From positions 27,404,001 through 27,468,000 of the forward strand of contig CM022670.1 in assembly GCA_012295275.1 (NCBI GenBank): 64,000 nucleotides of DNA, written 5' to 3'. Under the pieces are notes generated by a model, which made no database searches, was not told the origin of the DNA, and was given only the letters and a program-made list of their open reading frames with translations. The stretch is from Chrysomallon squamiferum (taxonomy: Eukaryota; Animalia; Mollusca). The translations under genes were made by a program, and so were the position numbers. Positions 17,801 to 29,157 of this stretch are shown here, piece after piece (the stretch's first letter is position 1; each line of letters begins with the position of its first letter).

Positions 17801-20800
17801 CATTTAATTTTTTAACTGATAAAATAATCCTGAATGTGAAGTGACATTACAAATTACATGAACAATAAGAGAAAAAAATGTTTACAAGCTTTATCATATA
17901 TTTCATTAAACCAGACTCTTCTGAAATTAATTACAAGTAAGAAGCCTGCAACAGAAAGTTTTAAAAAATAATTCCCATTAATTAAATATATTAATGTTAT
18001 TTGGAGACACATTCTTCTATCAGCTATATCCTTTTAATTAATTATTATTAATCCAAAAAAAAAAAAAAATGTACATGTTTTTTCTTTTAAGAATCATTTT
18101 GGTGAAACAAGAAAGAGGTTTTACCAAGAAGCATGTGTGTACATCATATATATATAAAATGATTAACATCAGTCATTTATTTGGAGTCAGTACCTGTTGA
18201 TGTGCTGATTGAACTAGCATCTATTTTGTTGTCCAGCCACTGTAAAGTAGCATCTGTGTACACCAGCTGAAAACACTGACTGAATAAGGCACAGATTTCT
18301 TCAACGGTTTGCTGCAAACAGAAGTGTATCAAATAAAAAAAAAAAAAAATTTAAAAAATATATATTTCAGTCATATAATATGAATTTTAAAGCAAGGTAT
18401 TTTTTTTTTTTTATATTATACAATATTTGTGTTATTATTTTTACAATTTAGATCAAAAGGACCTAACAATGGAAAAATTCAAAGTTGAAAAATACAATAA
18501 ATATTTTAATTTAATTTTATATTACTATTCTTTTCAGTGAAAGGCAGATTTAGTGAGTGGATCCCCACCCAAAAAAAAAAAAAAAAAATCCTAATTAATG
18601 TATTGTTTAATATTATAATTAAAAGTCCATTGGTTAAACATATGAAAAAATCTGGTGATAACAAACTAAAGACTGTAAGATATTTATATTTGAAAATTTT
18701 CTACCTTATTATCACAGTAAAGTACAGTCAGACTGCAGTTTTCTGTTGTACCTAAAATACAGAATATTGCAATTATTTTATGTTATCATGCCTATCACAA
18801 ACACACACATACTTTTATGTGACTATAAAAGAAAAATGATTTAATTATTATTAAAAGTAATTATTTCAGTTGTAACCTTAATTTTTGCAGTGTATTTTTC
18901 ATCCAACAAAAGCAGTAAAATAATAAATTATTTGAAAATGATTATCATTTCTTAAATGACAAATTTTATCTTCTGCTTCTGCACATAATCTGATTTTGTG
19001 AAGATTTTGTTTTTCTGTCAATTACTTACCATGTTTTAGGGCAAGGATATGTTGACTATCATCTTTAATGTAACATGTTGCTGCTATTTCATGTACTGGA
19101 ATCCTAATGAGCAAATCCTAAAAGAAATATAATAAAGGAGATTTCACTCTTTAGTAAAGTTCATATAAAAAGTGCTTTTCTGATTAATTAAAAAAAAACA
19201 TGTCTACACTCACAAATTTCATTTACTCTGTTTAATGCATATAACATAAAATCACAGACACCCCCCCAAAAAAAAAAAAAAAAAAAGAATATTTAACCAA
19301 CAAACTTTTAATTATAATATTACACAAAAGCATACTAAACTAGTAAGGTTAACAGAAACATATTATATTATTTAGAGAAAAAGGTTAATTAGTGAACTCA
19401 CCTCAGTAGCATTGTAACGACTAATTTTGATGTTGTAAACACTGATGCTGAAAATAGCCTGATCATCATACCCTACATGATGAGGAATGAAACGTTTCTT
19501 CTGAAATATTAACATTTTATATTGCTTCATCCAGAATTGGTATGTTTAAATTTGAAACTAGTGTATTTAAAAAAAAAAAAATACATTACACTGAAGAAAA
19601 ACAGAAATGGTAAAATGTATTATTATCAAACTGTCATTAAAAGTAAAGTCACTGGAGATATGCTAGGCTTGATCAGATAGCATAAAAATTTATTTATTTT
19701 AAAATGTATGAAATATTTCGGTACAAAATCTAGAAAAGTGTTCTGGTTTAGTGTCCAGGAAGAAAAAATGTTCACAAAATTTTCCAAATAGAAACATTTT
19801 ATTATTTCATTAGACATATTTTATCTTGATTTAATAATATTCAGAAATTTAAAACAATCCATGATTTTGAGATCTTGCACAAATCTCTGAAAAGTGATAG
19901 CAAAAAAATAAAATATAAATAAATATAAAAAAAAGATTTAGATGTCAGAAGCTGTATATTCTCACAACATGCTGTATTATTATACAATATAATAATGACT
20001 TTAATTTTTTTTACCTTTCCTTCATCAATGATTCTCAAGACAGTAGTCCGATTTGTTGTATCAATGTCAACTGGAACATCTTTTATTTCACCTGCATACT
20101 GAAAAACAGAAACACAGAATACTTAAAAATAATAATAATAAGTAACAAAAAAATAAATTTGAAAAAAAAATAACCCCAAAACACACCTACACACATTCAG
20201 TATTGATAATTAATTAATAAAAAGATAATAATAATTAAAAAATCTAAAGCAGAGTGATTTAAAAAAACAAAAATTACAAATTGCCACATTAAAAAAAATC
20301 AGTCTTGGCATTGTCCAAGCCAGCTTTCTTGTTTAGATTTTCTGACTTTGACACAGAGTGAAAATCTGCAATACAGTCTATGGCATAAACAACTGCAATA
20401 TAGACAATTACAGAGGTTATTCTTAGGTTGTAATATATTTACCAAAACAGCTTTTTCCACATTTTCCTCTATGAGAAACTGGGGTTTTATGTAGTAGTCA
20501 GGAGGTGTCAGATCATAACTTTTTAACATGCGTCGATCATACATATTAATGTCTTGTCTGTTCACTTTGGAAGCTTTTATTGGATGGAAGAAATTCTGAA
20601 AATAAGATTAAAAAATTAAAAATTAAAAAAAACAAAAAAAACTGTGACTCTAATAAATAACAACAACAACACAATATTAATAAATGTGGATTTTAATATT
20701 TAATGAATGTTAAATGTAACTCTTTTTTTTTTTTTTTTCAGCCATAATTGAATGTACTGCCTAATTAAATTCTTTCTGGTGGTTTTATAATGTCACCATT

Positions 20801-21745
20801 AATTGCAGACAATATTATGCATTTATATGTTAATTAGAGATACCTCGTTTGACAGAGAAACAAATTTAGCACCATGGCAATGCACAGACTAGCAAAAACA
20901 ATTTACTATTTTATTTAATGAACTTACTTAAACTGTTTGAATGTAATTTAACATTTATTTAAATTATCACAGTATTCAGCTTAAATGTTATGATATTTTA
21001 TTATTTTACACGTAAAAGTTTGAATCCTAGTTCTTAAATTTTAATTTGTTGAATTTTTTACATACTCATACTGTATATAAATAGGATGAATATTAATGTC
21101 ACTGCCTAAAAGTAAATAAATATTTTAATAAATGTAACAAATTTCAATTTCTGTCTTCAACATAATTCAAGTTTAAATTATTTTAAAGTTTACTCTTAAC
21201 TTTTTCACACTTCATAGTTATCTTAATCTATATTCTTAAAATAATTTATTATAAAATAATGTTGGATGTCTCTGTAAAATAAAAAATTAAGAGATATGAT
21301 TTACTAGCCTAAAACGTGGGATAACTGTTTTAATAGTTTCTATAAACGTTATTATTAATCAAATTTTAAGTTTAAAGTTATCTGTTTATTCAATATAAGT
21401 ATCTGCATCGTGAGGTATATGAATAATATTCTGTTTTTAATGAAGCTTTTGAAAAATTATTTTGGATTTGAAAGTATATGTTCTAAGAATCAGGAATGTC
21501 ACTCTGACATTTATGTTTACTGTTTGTTGTACAAATGTATAACAATAAAACTTATATAACCATTATTAATAATCATAAAATATATTAAAACAAAAAGGTG
21601 AAATTTATTATTATTCATTCCGGAATTTTTATATATTCTATCTACATTCAGAATATTAAGTGATATCACTGATAGGTCTTGTCCTGTGTGTCGCATAACG
21701 TCACCAAATAATCACCTTTCTTTTTGACCGTGCGTCTTCGTCCAT
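14830..21745 (-). CDS. CCM2: Cerebral cavernous malformations 2 protein (malcavernin), PTB + LD-like motif + harmonin-homology domain, 12 coding exons, 409 aa
   Basis: Exons: 21745-21716, 20595-20443, 20098-20015, 19500-19402, 19117-19030, 18751-18705, 18311-18194, 17682-17640, 17123-16973, 16135-15997, 15439-15316, 14983-14830 (1230 nt, in frame). Motifs: DLLIRIPVHEIAATCYIKDD, EEICALFSQCFQLVYTDATLQWLD, and HHD LSPDELRQFATLL...FQDFCENMRQLFGPERKHMLAELSPFIP. Confidence 0.93.
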
Positions 21746-21915
21746 GGCAGATACATCTTCATTTTATCTCCGAGAATACTGCATTTTAATTAGAAATGAT
21801 TAGATTCAGTACTGTCAAATACCAAACTTGTTCAGACACTTTCCAGACCCATTAAAATAACTTTTTCTTGTTTCCTCATTTTAAGAGGGCGCTAGTATGT
21901 GTACTTCCGGAAATA
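21746..21915 (-). promoter_or_regulatory. Putative CCM2 proximal promoter
   Basis: ETS motif ACTTCCGG at about 21903-21910, roughly 160 bp upstream of the ATG; CpG-richer than the gene body. Confidence 0.4.
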
Positions 21916-23786
21916 GGTGCTCTGTGAACTTATCCTCAACCAGACATCAGCATCGCTGTGAAAATAAAATGATATCGGTCTATGCCAAATTGTTACTTGT
22001 TTATCATTTATGATCACAAATTGCCTGACTGCAACGCCCATCTTTCACCAACATCTCACTTTTCGTTGATTAAAAAATAATATATTTGTATTCCTTACAC
22101 TATGTATACTAAAATATCCAGAAATAAGTGTAAAACAGTAAAGAATATGACATACAGTTTTAAATACAACCAATATATAAGGTGTTATGGAAGTAATGAA
22201 TCAAATTAGATATCGGAAAAATTATATACGATGCATGGCATTAATATTTACAATAAATATTACTCGGGGACTATAAGTCTATAAAAAGGTATTTTAAAGT
22301 AGCTTTATTAAAATTCTGGTTAAAAGATGCTAACTATAAATTATAATATTTGTTTATAAGCCAAAAACTCCATTAAAATATAATTTTGGTTGGATACGCA
22401 GGTTACTTGACAATCAGTCGATTATAAAATAATGTAATGCTTAATTTATATATATATATATACAAATATATATATATAATAACAAGTAAATAAATAAAGA
22501 AAAAGTTTTCTTATAACTTGATTTTAAGAAACATATTACGCCTGTGCTCAGAACATTTTAACAGTGGAACAATGAAGTAGTATTATTTGCGATTAAAGGG
22601 TACATATGTACTGTCATAAAATTTTGAAGTCAAACAACGTTGAAAAATCTGCATATTCTGTATCTATGTACGCTGACCAGATATCACGTGATTATGACGT
22701 AGCTAAATCATTATGAGCGATTGTTACCTTTACTACGCATCTAAAAATGGTAATTTTTCAGAAAAACGGATTTTAAAAGTAAGCGCAATTATTTAGTTTA
22801 AAATCTGTTTTAATTAGTAGCCTGATCATTCATTTGTACGTATTTGACAAAAGGTTGTTACTCTAAAATCTATGAAATAGAACTGCTTAATAATGTATTG
22901 CTGTACTGCATATTTACAATAATGTAAAGAAATTTAGTTTCTAAAAATAATAATAAATAAAAAAGCAAATAAATAAATAAATAATAATAATAATAATAAT
23001 TAAAAAATGGCATACCAAATTTCCAAGTTTGCCTATTCTGATCCCAGGTTCCCCAAAAATTATATATGATCCAGTTGTGTAATTTTTTTGTTTTGTTTGT
23101 TGTTGCTGTTTGTTTTTTTGGTGTTTTTTTTTCCCACCTCATCTGTCTAAACGGAACGAAAACCATTTTAATTTTCTTACTGGCTTTTATCATTGATTAT
23201 TTTCCAGGGGAAGGATTTTTCTTCCTTAATTCAAGAATGCTGTCAAACATGGATGTATATGAATTCAAGTACATTAACAGCTTACTGAATTTTATCTAAA
23301 GGTAATAAAAAGAACACATTGTTTTTCAAGACTTATATATATAGTATACTTACGCTTTATTACTTCTTAATTTTGTATTACTGCCATTAGATGATAATAT
23401 AGGAAATAATTATATCCATATTATTTTATTTAATCAGTTAATATAGAAAATATTGATGGCATGTCATCATTCATAATAATGAAGGTTATTGTGGTCATCA
23501 GCATCCAAATGATGATTTCCAGAATGCGAGAGGAAATATATTTTAAAAAAAAGTTTATGCACGTTCAGACAAGATGACTGTGTATGTAAGTTTAATTACC
23601 TTCACAGTTAGTTAAGATTTATATAAAATGCACATAGATACAACATACTCCGATCGAAGAATATACATCCAAAAATGTTGGGTGCGGACCCAGAGAAAAT
23701 ATTTGGACACCCATAAATAAATAGCTATCCTTTGTACTTAATAGAAAAAGCATTTTTTTTTAAAATTCTCAATTTTTGAACTTAAT

Positions 23787-23817
<31 letters not shown>

Positions 23818-23855
23818 ATTTTCATTTCTTGCAGCTTATAAGCAGGTGAATAACC

Positions 23856-24638
23856 ATGTCTGTCAAACCTTTATCTGTGGGTTTGGCTGTTGTAGTTTCA
23901 GAATGCATTAGCTATCTGTGGTATTCGCCTAGGGGTAGCTGGCCTCGTAGGATCTTAGAACGTGATTTCTTATGCGGCCTCATTTCCAACATCTGTTTGG
24001 CACTGCTTCTTAAAGAACTGGTCGAGTTAGTATATATAAATAAATAATTAAATAAATAAATAAATACAATATTTTAAATTTTTTATAATTTTCTTTTTTT
24101 TATTGGTATATAAAAAAAAATGTATTATTACTGATATACTCGTTTAGACTGAAAGTGTTGTTAGCACACACTTTGTCATGTTATAAACACATGAAATTTT
24201 TAATTTGCAACAACTGTTCATCAACAAAATAATCTCGATCTTCAGTGAATGAAAATGTTAATTATATTTTGGATTTGGGACATTTCAACACCCGAACAGT
24301 ATATCCGAGTTATCTGACGACCTGTCCCAGAGCATTGTAATTTTATTATTAATTTTTATGTTTTTATTTTTATATCAGTAAATTTTATTTCTAGAAGTAA
24401 GAATCGGAGGAGTGAATAATTTGAAATAAATATTAGAGAGATTCTTGATACCTATAAAATAAATATTTGTAAAATATCCATTTCCTGCCTTACTCAGAAT
24501 CAGTGGGCTGTAATACAGAGTTAAGTTTTTTGCAGGATCAACTAAAAAGCATTCTGTTTATCATTTCTATATAAATATTTTAAAGCATTTTATTTGTAAT
24601 ATCGAAAATGAATGTTTTGAATATAACACTGACAAATA

Positions 24639-24695
<57 letters not shown>

Positions 24696-25038
24696 AATAA
24701 ATAAATAATAACAATAAATAATAACAATTAAAATAAAGAGTTAAAATGTTTTAACTGTTTATGATCACCGCCATCGTTACGATCCCAGTTACTACAGTTA
24801 TTTTAATCATCTTCTTCATCGTGCATTTATTTATTTTATTTATTGCAGTAGCTCGTGTGTGTGTTCAGATTCGAGGCATGAGAAGGTTATGGTTGCTGCT
24901 TATCTGAGTCTTGTCTTCTTCACAATGGAAGCGCCACACTTAGTTTGCGATATCAGCACTTTTATATGTTGTTTTCTACACAGCTTGCACAAGTTCATCA
25001 CCGTAATAATTATGCTATTCAGCATGGAAATAATATAG
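23856..25038 (+). CDS. Small multi-pass membrane protein, paralog A (DUF1761-like), 2 coding exons, 119 aa
   Basis: Exons 23856-24025 and 24849-25038 (360 nt), phase-2 intron GA|GTTAGT...TTGCAG. About four hydrophobic segments; LWYSPRGSW, EAPH and HSLHKF motifs are shared with paralog B. Confidence 0.82.
24640..24725. repeat. (AAT)n/(AAAT)n microsatellite
   Basis: Direct observation. Confidence 0.9.
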
Positions 25039-25551
25039 GATAAAAATTCACCCATACCATGATCACACAAAGTGCACTGTTAGTGAGGTACTGTTGTATT
25101 ATATCTAGGTATATTGCTCTTTTTACCAAAACACACATATTCTACCATTATGGCGGAAGCCTTGATGATAACAAGGCTTTTAGTGAGGAAGATACGAACT
25201 ATTTACTCTAGGTTTAACGTTCATTCAACGTCTTCGTTCAGAAGGAATGTGTCACGGTATAAAGGATCGATCCTTATTGTTTATAATCTTTACAGGCACA
25301 TTATTATTACAAGTGTTAACTGTAACATATATATTTAATAACATAATCATTCATTCGCGGCTGTGTAGACTAGTTGTTCTTTATATAATCGTTATTTATT
25401 TTTGTTAGTTTTCACGCTATTTATTTTTGTTAGTTTTAACGTTATTTATTTGTTTTTTTCTTCTTTATTGTTATCTTTTTAAATAACAAATTTGATACGT
25501 TTTCTTTTTAAGGATTAAACAAAATAAATACCATTATTTATAAACCGTTTG

Positions 25552-25552
<1 letters not shown>

Positions 25553-25611
<59 letters not shown>
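25553..25611. repeat. (TTA)n microsatellite
   Basis: Direct observation. Confidence 0.95.
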
Positions 25612-25612
<1 letters not shown>

Positions 25613-25836
25613 TTGTTTTAATTATTTTAATTACTTTTTTAAAAATATTTTATTTATTTATTCTGATGTAGTAGTTGTTGCTGTTTTTAATTTCTATCAA
25701 AATATAATGAAATCAGAATGTCCTGTGTATGTTCGCGTTCTAACGAATTAGCACATGACCATGCTTCCTATATAACAGTGATGAATGCTGAGGGTTTCTT
25801 CTGGGATATATAAATAAAAAATAATAATAATAAAAA

Positions 25837-25837
<1 letters not shown>

Positions 25838-25872
<35 letters not shown>
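25838..25872. repeat. (CA)n microsatellite
   Basis: Direct observation. Confidence 0.95.
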
Positions 25873-25875
<3 letters not shown>

Positions 25876-26084
25876 TTTCTTCTATTTAATGTACCCGAAA
25901 ATAAAATGAAGAGATGGAGATCCCGTGAAATAATTATTATGTATAAACCTACTGAAATGAAAAAGAGTAAATAATAGGGTTTACATTACGGAATTTTCTT
26001 AATTAATCTGCTGATTAAAATAGACAAATGGCACCCCGTCTGAACTCTCCATTTTATATTTATAAATTATAGCAGCGTATATTA

Positions 26085-27449
26085 CGGTGGTTCTCAAATT
26101 TTCTGAAGTCAGAGCACACTTGAAGTCTTATAAAAAAATTGCGGGCACACTACACACAAAATTCTAAGAAATATAATTCAAAATGTAAAAAAAAAAAAAA
26201 CCAGAAATAACTGAAAGAAGGATATTGTGGCTGAATCGGTTGCAGAGCAGGTTGCTGAGGTTGTCTGTCCTCATTGTCTACATCTATGTCAGATTCTTCA
26301 TCATTTTGCGTATAAACAGTTCTCGTCTGGAATCTGTACCGTTTGTTCCTCTGTGAGAGATTATCACTGATATATTTAGAGTTACCGCCCTTGTGTGAGA
26401 GATGTTCACTGATATATTTAGAGTTACCGCCCTTGTGTGAGAGATGTTCACCCATATATTTTAAGCTACCGCCCTTGTGTGAGAGATGTTCACCGATATA
26501 TTTAGAGTTACCGCTCTTGTGTGAGAGATGTTCACTGATATATTTAATTACTGCCCTTGTGTGAGAGCTGTTCACTGATATATTTAGAGTTACCGCCCTT
26601 GTGTGAGAGATGTTCACTGATATATTTAGAGTTACCGCCCTTGTGTGAGAGATGTTCACCCATATATTTTAAGCTACCGCCCTTGTGTGAGAGATGTTCA
26701 CCCATATATTTTAAGCTACCGCCCTTGTGTGAGAGATGTTCACCGATATATTTAGAGTTACCGCTCTTGTGTGAGAGATGTTCACTGATATATTTAATTA
26801 CTGCCCTTGTGTGAGAGCTGTTCACTTATATATTTAGAGTTACCGCCCTTGTGTGAGAGATGTTCAGATATATTTAGTTATCGCCCTTGTGTGAGAGCTG
26901 TTCACTAATATATTTAGAGTTACCGCCCTTGTGTGAGTGTATTCCTTTATTCATCATCTATTTTTCACTCATGAGAAGTATGAGCCCGACGTGTCTTGGC
27001 AATTTCTTCAAAAATATTGTAATACAAAGCAATGGACTGTTAAAATGTCAAAAAACTACAAAGGCTTTATTTTTAATGGTGTGCATTGTGCAGTGAGAGA
27101 AAACTTTTATCAGTCGATTATAATAGGCTAAAACTCCATAAAGTATTAAAGTTTTAGATGGGTAGTGACTGTGACAGTGATAGGAATATATGTCACAAGA
27201 AACCTTTTGCTATTTATCAGACTTGCACACCTTATCACTTATACTGCGCAGCCTTGAGCAGCCGCACTTGCTCATCAGCCAAAACTCGTTTCAAACGAGT
27301 GTATAAAATCTTCTTCCCGGCCTTCTTACTGGATATCTTTCCGCTCTTAACATAATCAGTTTTTTATCGTCACAAATATCTATCTAGATGCTAGAATTTC
27401 GTGGGACACACGTTAGCATGCCTCCGGGCGCACCCTTTGAGAAACACTG
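26085..27449. mobile_element. Non-autonomous hAT-superfamily DNA transposon (1365 bp)
   Basis: Left end CGGTGGTTCTCAAA; right end TTTGAGAAACACTG (reverse complement CAGTGTTTCTCAAA), 12/14 identical. Perfect 8-bp target-site duplication GTATATTA at 26077-26084 and 27450-27457. No intact transposase. Confidence 0.92.
26352..26938. repeat. 42-bp minisatellite, 14 units plus a partial unit, inside the hAT element
   Basis: Consensus TGTGAGAGATGTTCACTGATATATTTAGAGTTACCGCCCTTG in head-to-tail copies; three units are shortened to 38-40 bp; no spacers. Confidence 0.97.
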
Positions 27450-27479
27450 GTATATTAACACCAATAAAACCACAAAATA

Positions 27480-27660
27480 AGCCGGAAGCCAACACGAACA
27501 AATATAATCATGAATGACGTCACTAGCCTGGAAACCGATTAAATGGGGGATGAAAACTTTTTCATAAGATGAATATTTACATGATTAATCCACGTAACTG
27601 ATCATGTCTTTCACCTCCCATCATTTGGAATTTGGCTAATTTTTTGGGCGAACTTAAAGT
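27480..27660 (+). promoter_or_regulatory. Putative promoter / non-coding first exon of membrane protein paralog B
   Basis: CCGGAAG at about 27482, palindromic CRE TGACGTCA at 27515-27522, and a donor-like AAA|GTAGGC at about 27659. Confidence 0.35.
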
Positions 27661-28030
27661 AGGCTTTCTTTATTTCTTTTTTAAATAATTTTTAAAAAAG
27701 AATCTAAAATTGTTTTTTAAACATTTTAAGCGTAACTCACAAGTATTTATAAAATTGATAATTTAGTTATTTTAATATATTACTTTTTACATTGTTTTAA
27801 ATTTAAAAAGAAATTGTTTGTGAATTTAAATATAATAATCTAGCTATTTTAACAACATCAAATCGAATATAGGGTTTTTATTATTATTATTATTATTCTA
27901 ATAATAGTTTTATTTTATAAAATAATTCATCTTTTTTTCTAATAATTATGATACGTTTATCAAATATTTTATAATTTTTAATTTTTAATTTTTTTTTTTT
28001 TTTTTTTGGCTTGTAAATGAAAAAGTCGCC

Positions 28031-29037
28031 ATGGGAGAAAGCGAAGGTGTAAATAATGGAGTGTTTACTGGGATCCTTATAGCAGAGGGGATGAGCATGT
28101 TCTGGTACAACAGAAGGTCACAATGGGTCAGGAGAGTGGGAGATCGTTGCTTCATTTCTGCCATCATCTACGACACTGGGCTTATGGCTGTTATTAATCT
28201 TATGTTTGAGTTAGTGACATGATCATCACAATAATATATATATATTATTTTAAATCATAACTGTCATAACTGTTTTCTCTATTAATTTAAAATATATATA
28301 TAAAAAAAATAAAAAATAAAAAAATAAAATAATTGATTAGATGAATGAATGAATAAAAATAAAATAAAATAAATCAATAAATAAAATGAATAACAATATG
28401 TTACTGGATACAGAATTTTAGAGATGATGGATGTAAAGACAATTATTTTTCACATATGATGAAGAGAAATGATCTGAATATTAGTAAATATCTAACAGAA
28501 AGGAAATGAATGAATAAATAAGTCACCGAGTACGTTAGTAAACCCAATCAATAAATACAGCATACATCTAAAACAACTTAAAATTTAATTTCAAAACTTT
28601 AAATGTTGTGATGAACTGTATATTTATCACATAATACTTAAATGAATGCATAATTATATATGAAGATATTTGTTCTTTTTATTATTATTACTATTTTCTT
28701 TATTGTAGAATTTTTATTTTTTTTAAACTTTTAATGTTTTTTTTTAATTTGTATTATTATTATTTTTTTTACACATTAATAATAATTATTATTATATATC
28801 CTAAAAGTTTTCCATGTTATTGTATTCTATTTTACCAGAAAATACTTGTGTTTAACTGTATCCACTGTGATGGACATTGCAATTTTAAGTGGTTTTCTGT
28901 CTACCGTGTTCTTCTGTTTGGAAGCCCCGCATGTTGCCCACGACAGCGACTCCTTCACCAGTTGCTTTTGGCACAGTCTTCACAAATTCTGTGTTATATT
29001 TATCATACTTTTTTGCTCTGTCTATTTCAAGGTATAA
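28031..29037 (+). CDS. Small multi-pass membrane protein, paralog B (DUF1761-like), 2 coding exons, 125 aa
   Basis: Exons 28031-28209 and 28839-29037 (378 nt), with the same phase-2 intron position and the same GA|GTTAGT donor as paralog A. Motifs FWYNRRSQW, EAPH, HSLHKF. Confidence 0.85.
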
Positions 29038-29097
29038 CTGAACACAAATGTGATTTTAAAGATTTAGAAAGCGAGATGTTTCTTTTTCTAATCTCCT

Positions 29098-29098
<1 letters not shown>

Positions 29099-29142
<44 letters not shown>

Positions 29143-29157
29143 TAATAATAATAATAA
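29099..29157. repeat. (AAT)n microsatellite
   Basis: Direct observation. Confidence 0.92.

Noticed and set aside
26352-26938. CRISPR-like array of ~42-bp period
   Set aside because: Units are contiguous with no unique spacers, there are no cas genes and the context is eukaryotic; it is a minisatellite.
26150-27096. Repetitive ORFs (ISEHLSHKGGNSKY / LPPLCERCS) as a repeat protein
   Set aside because: They arise because the 42-bp unit is a multiple of 3; 38-40 bp units shift the frame, and the array lies inside a transposon.
23856-29037. SMR/EmrE-type antiparallel heterodimeric transporter (small, four helices, TM1 Glu, paired genes)
   Set aside because: No SMR signature motifs beyond the Glu, and both paralogs have the Arg-rich loop after helix 1, implying the same orientation.
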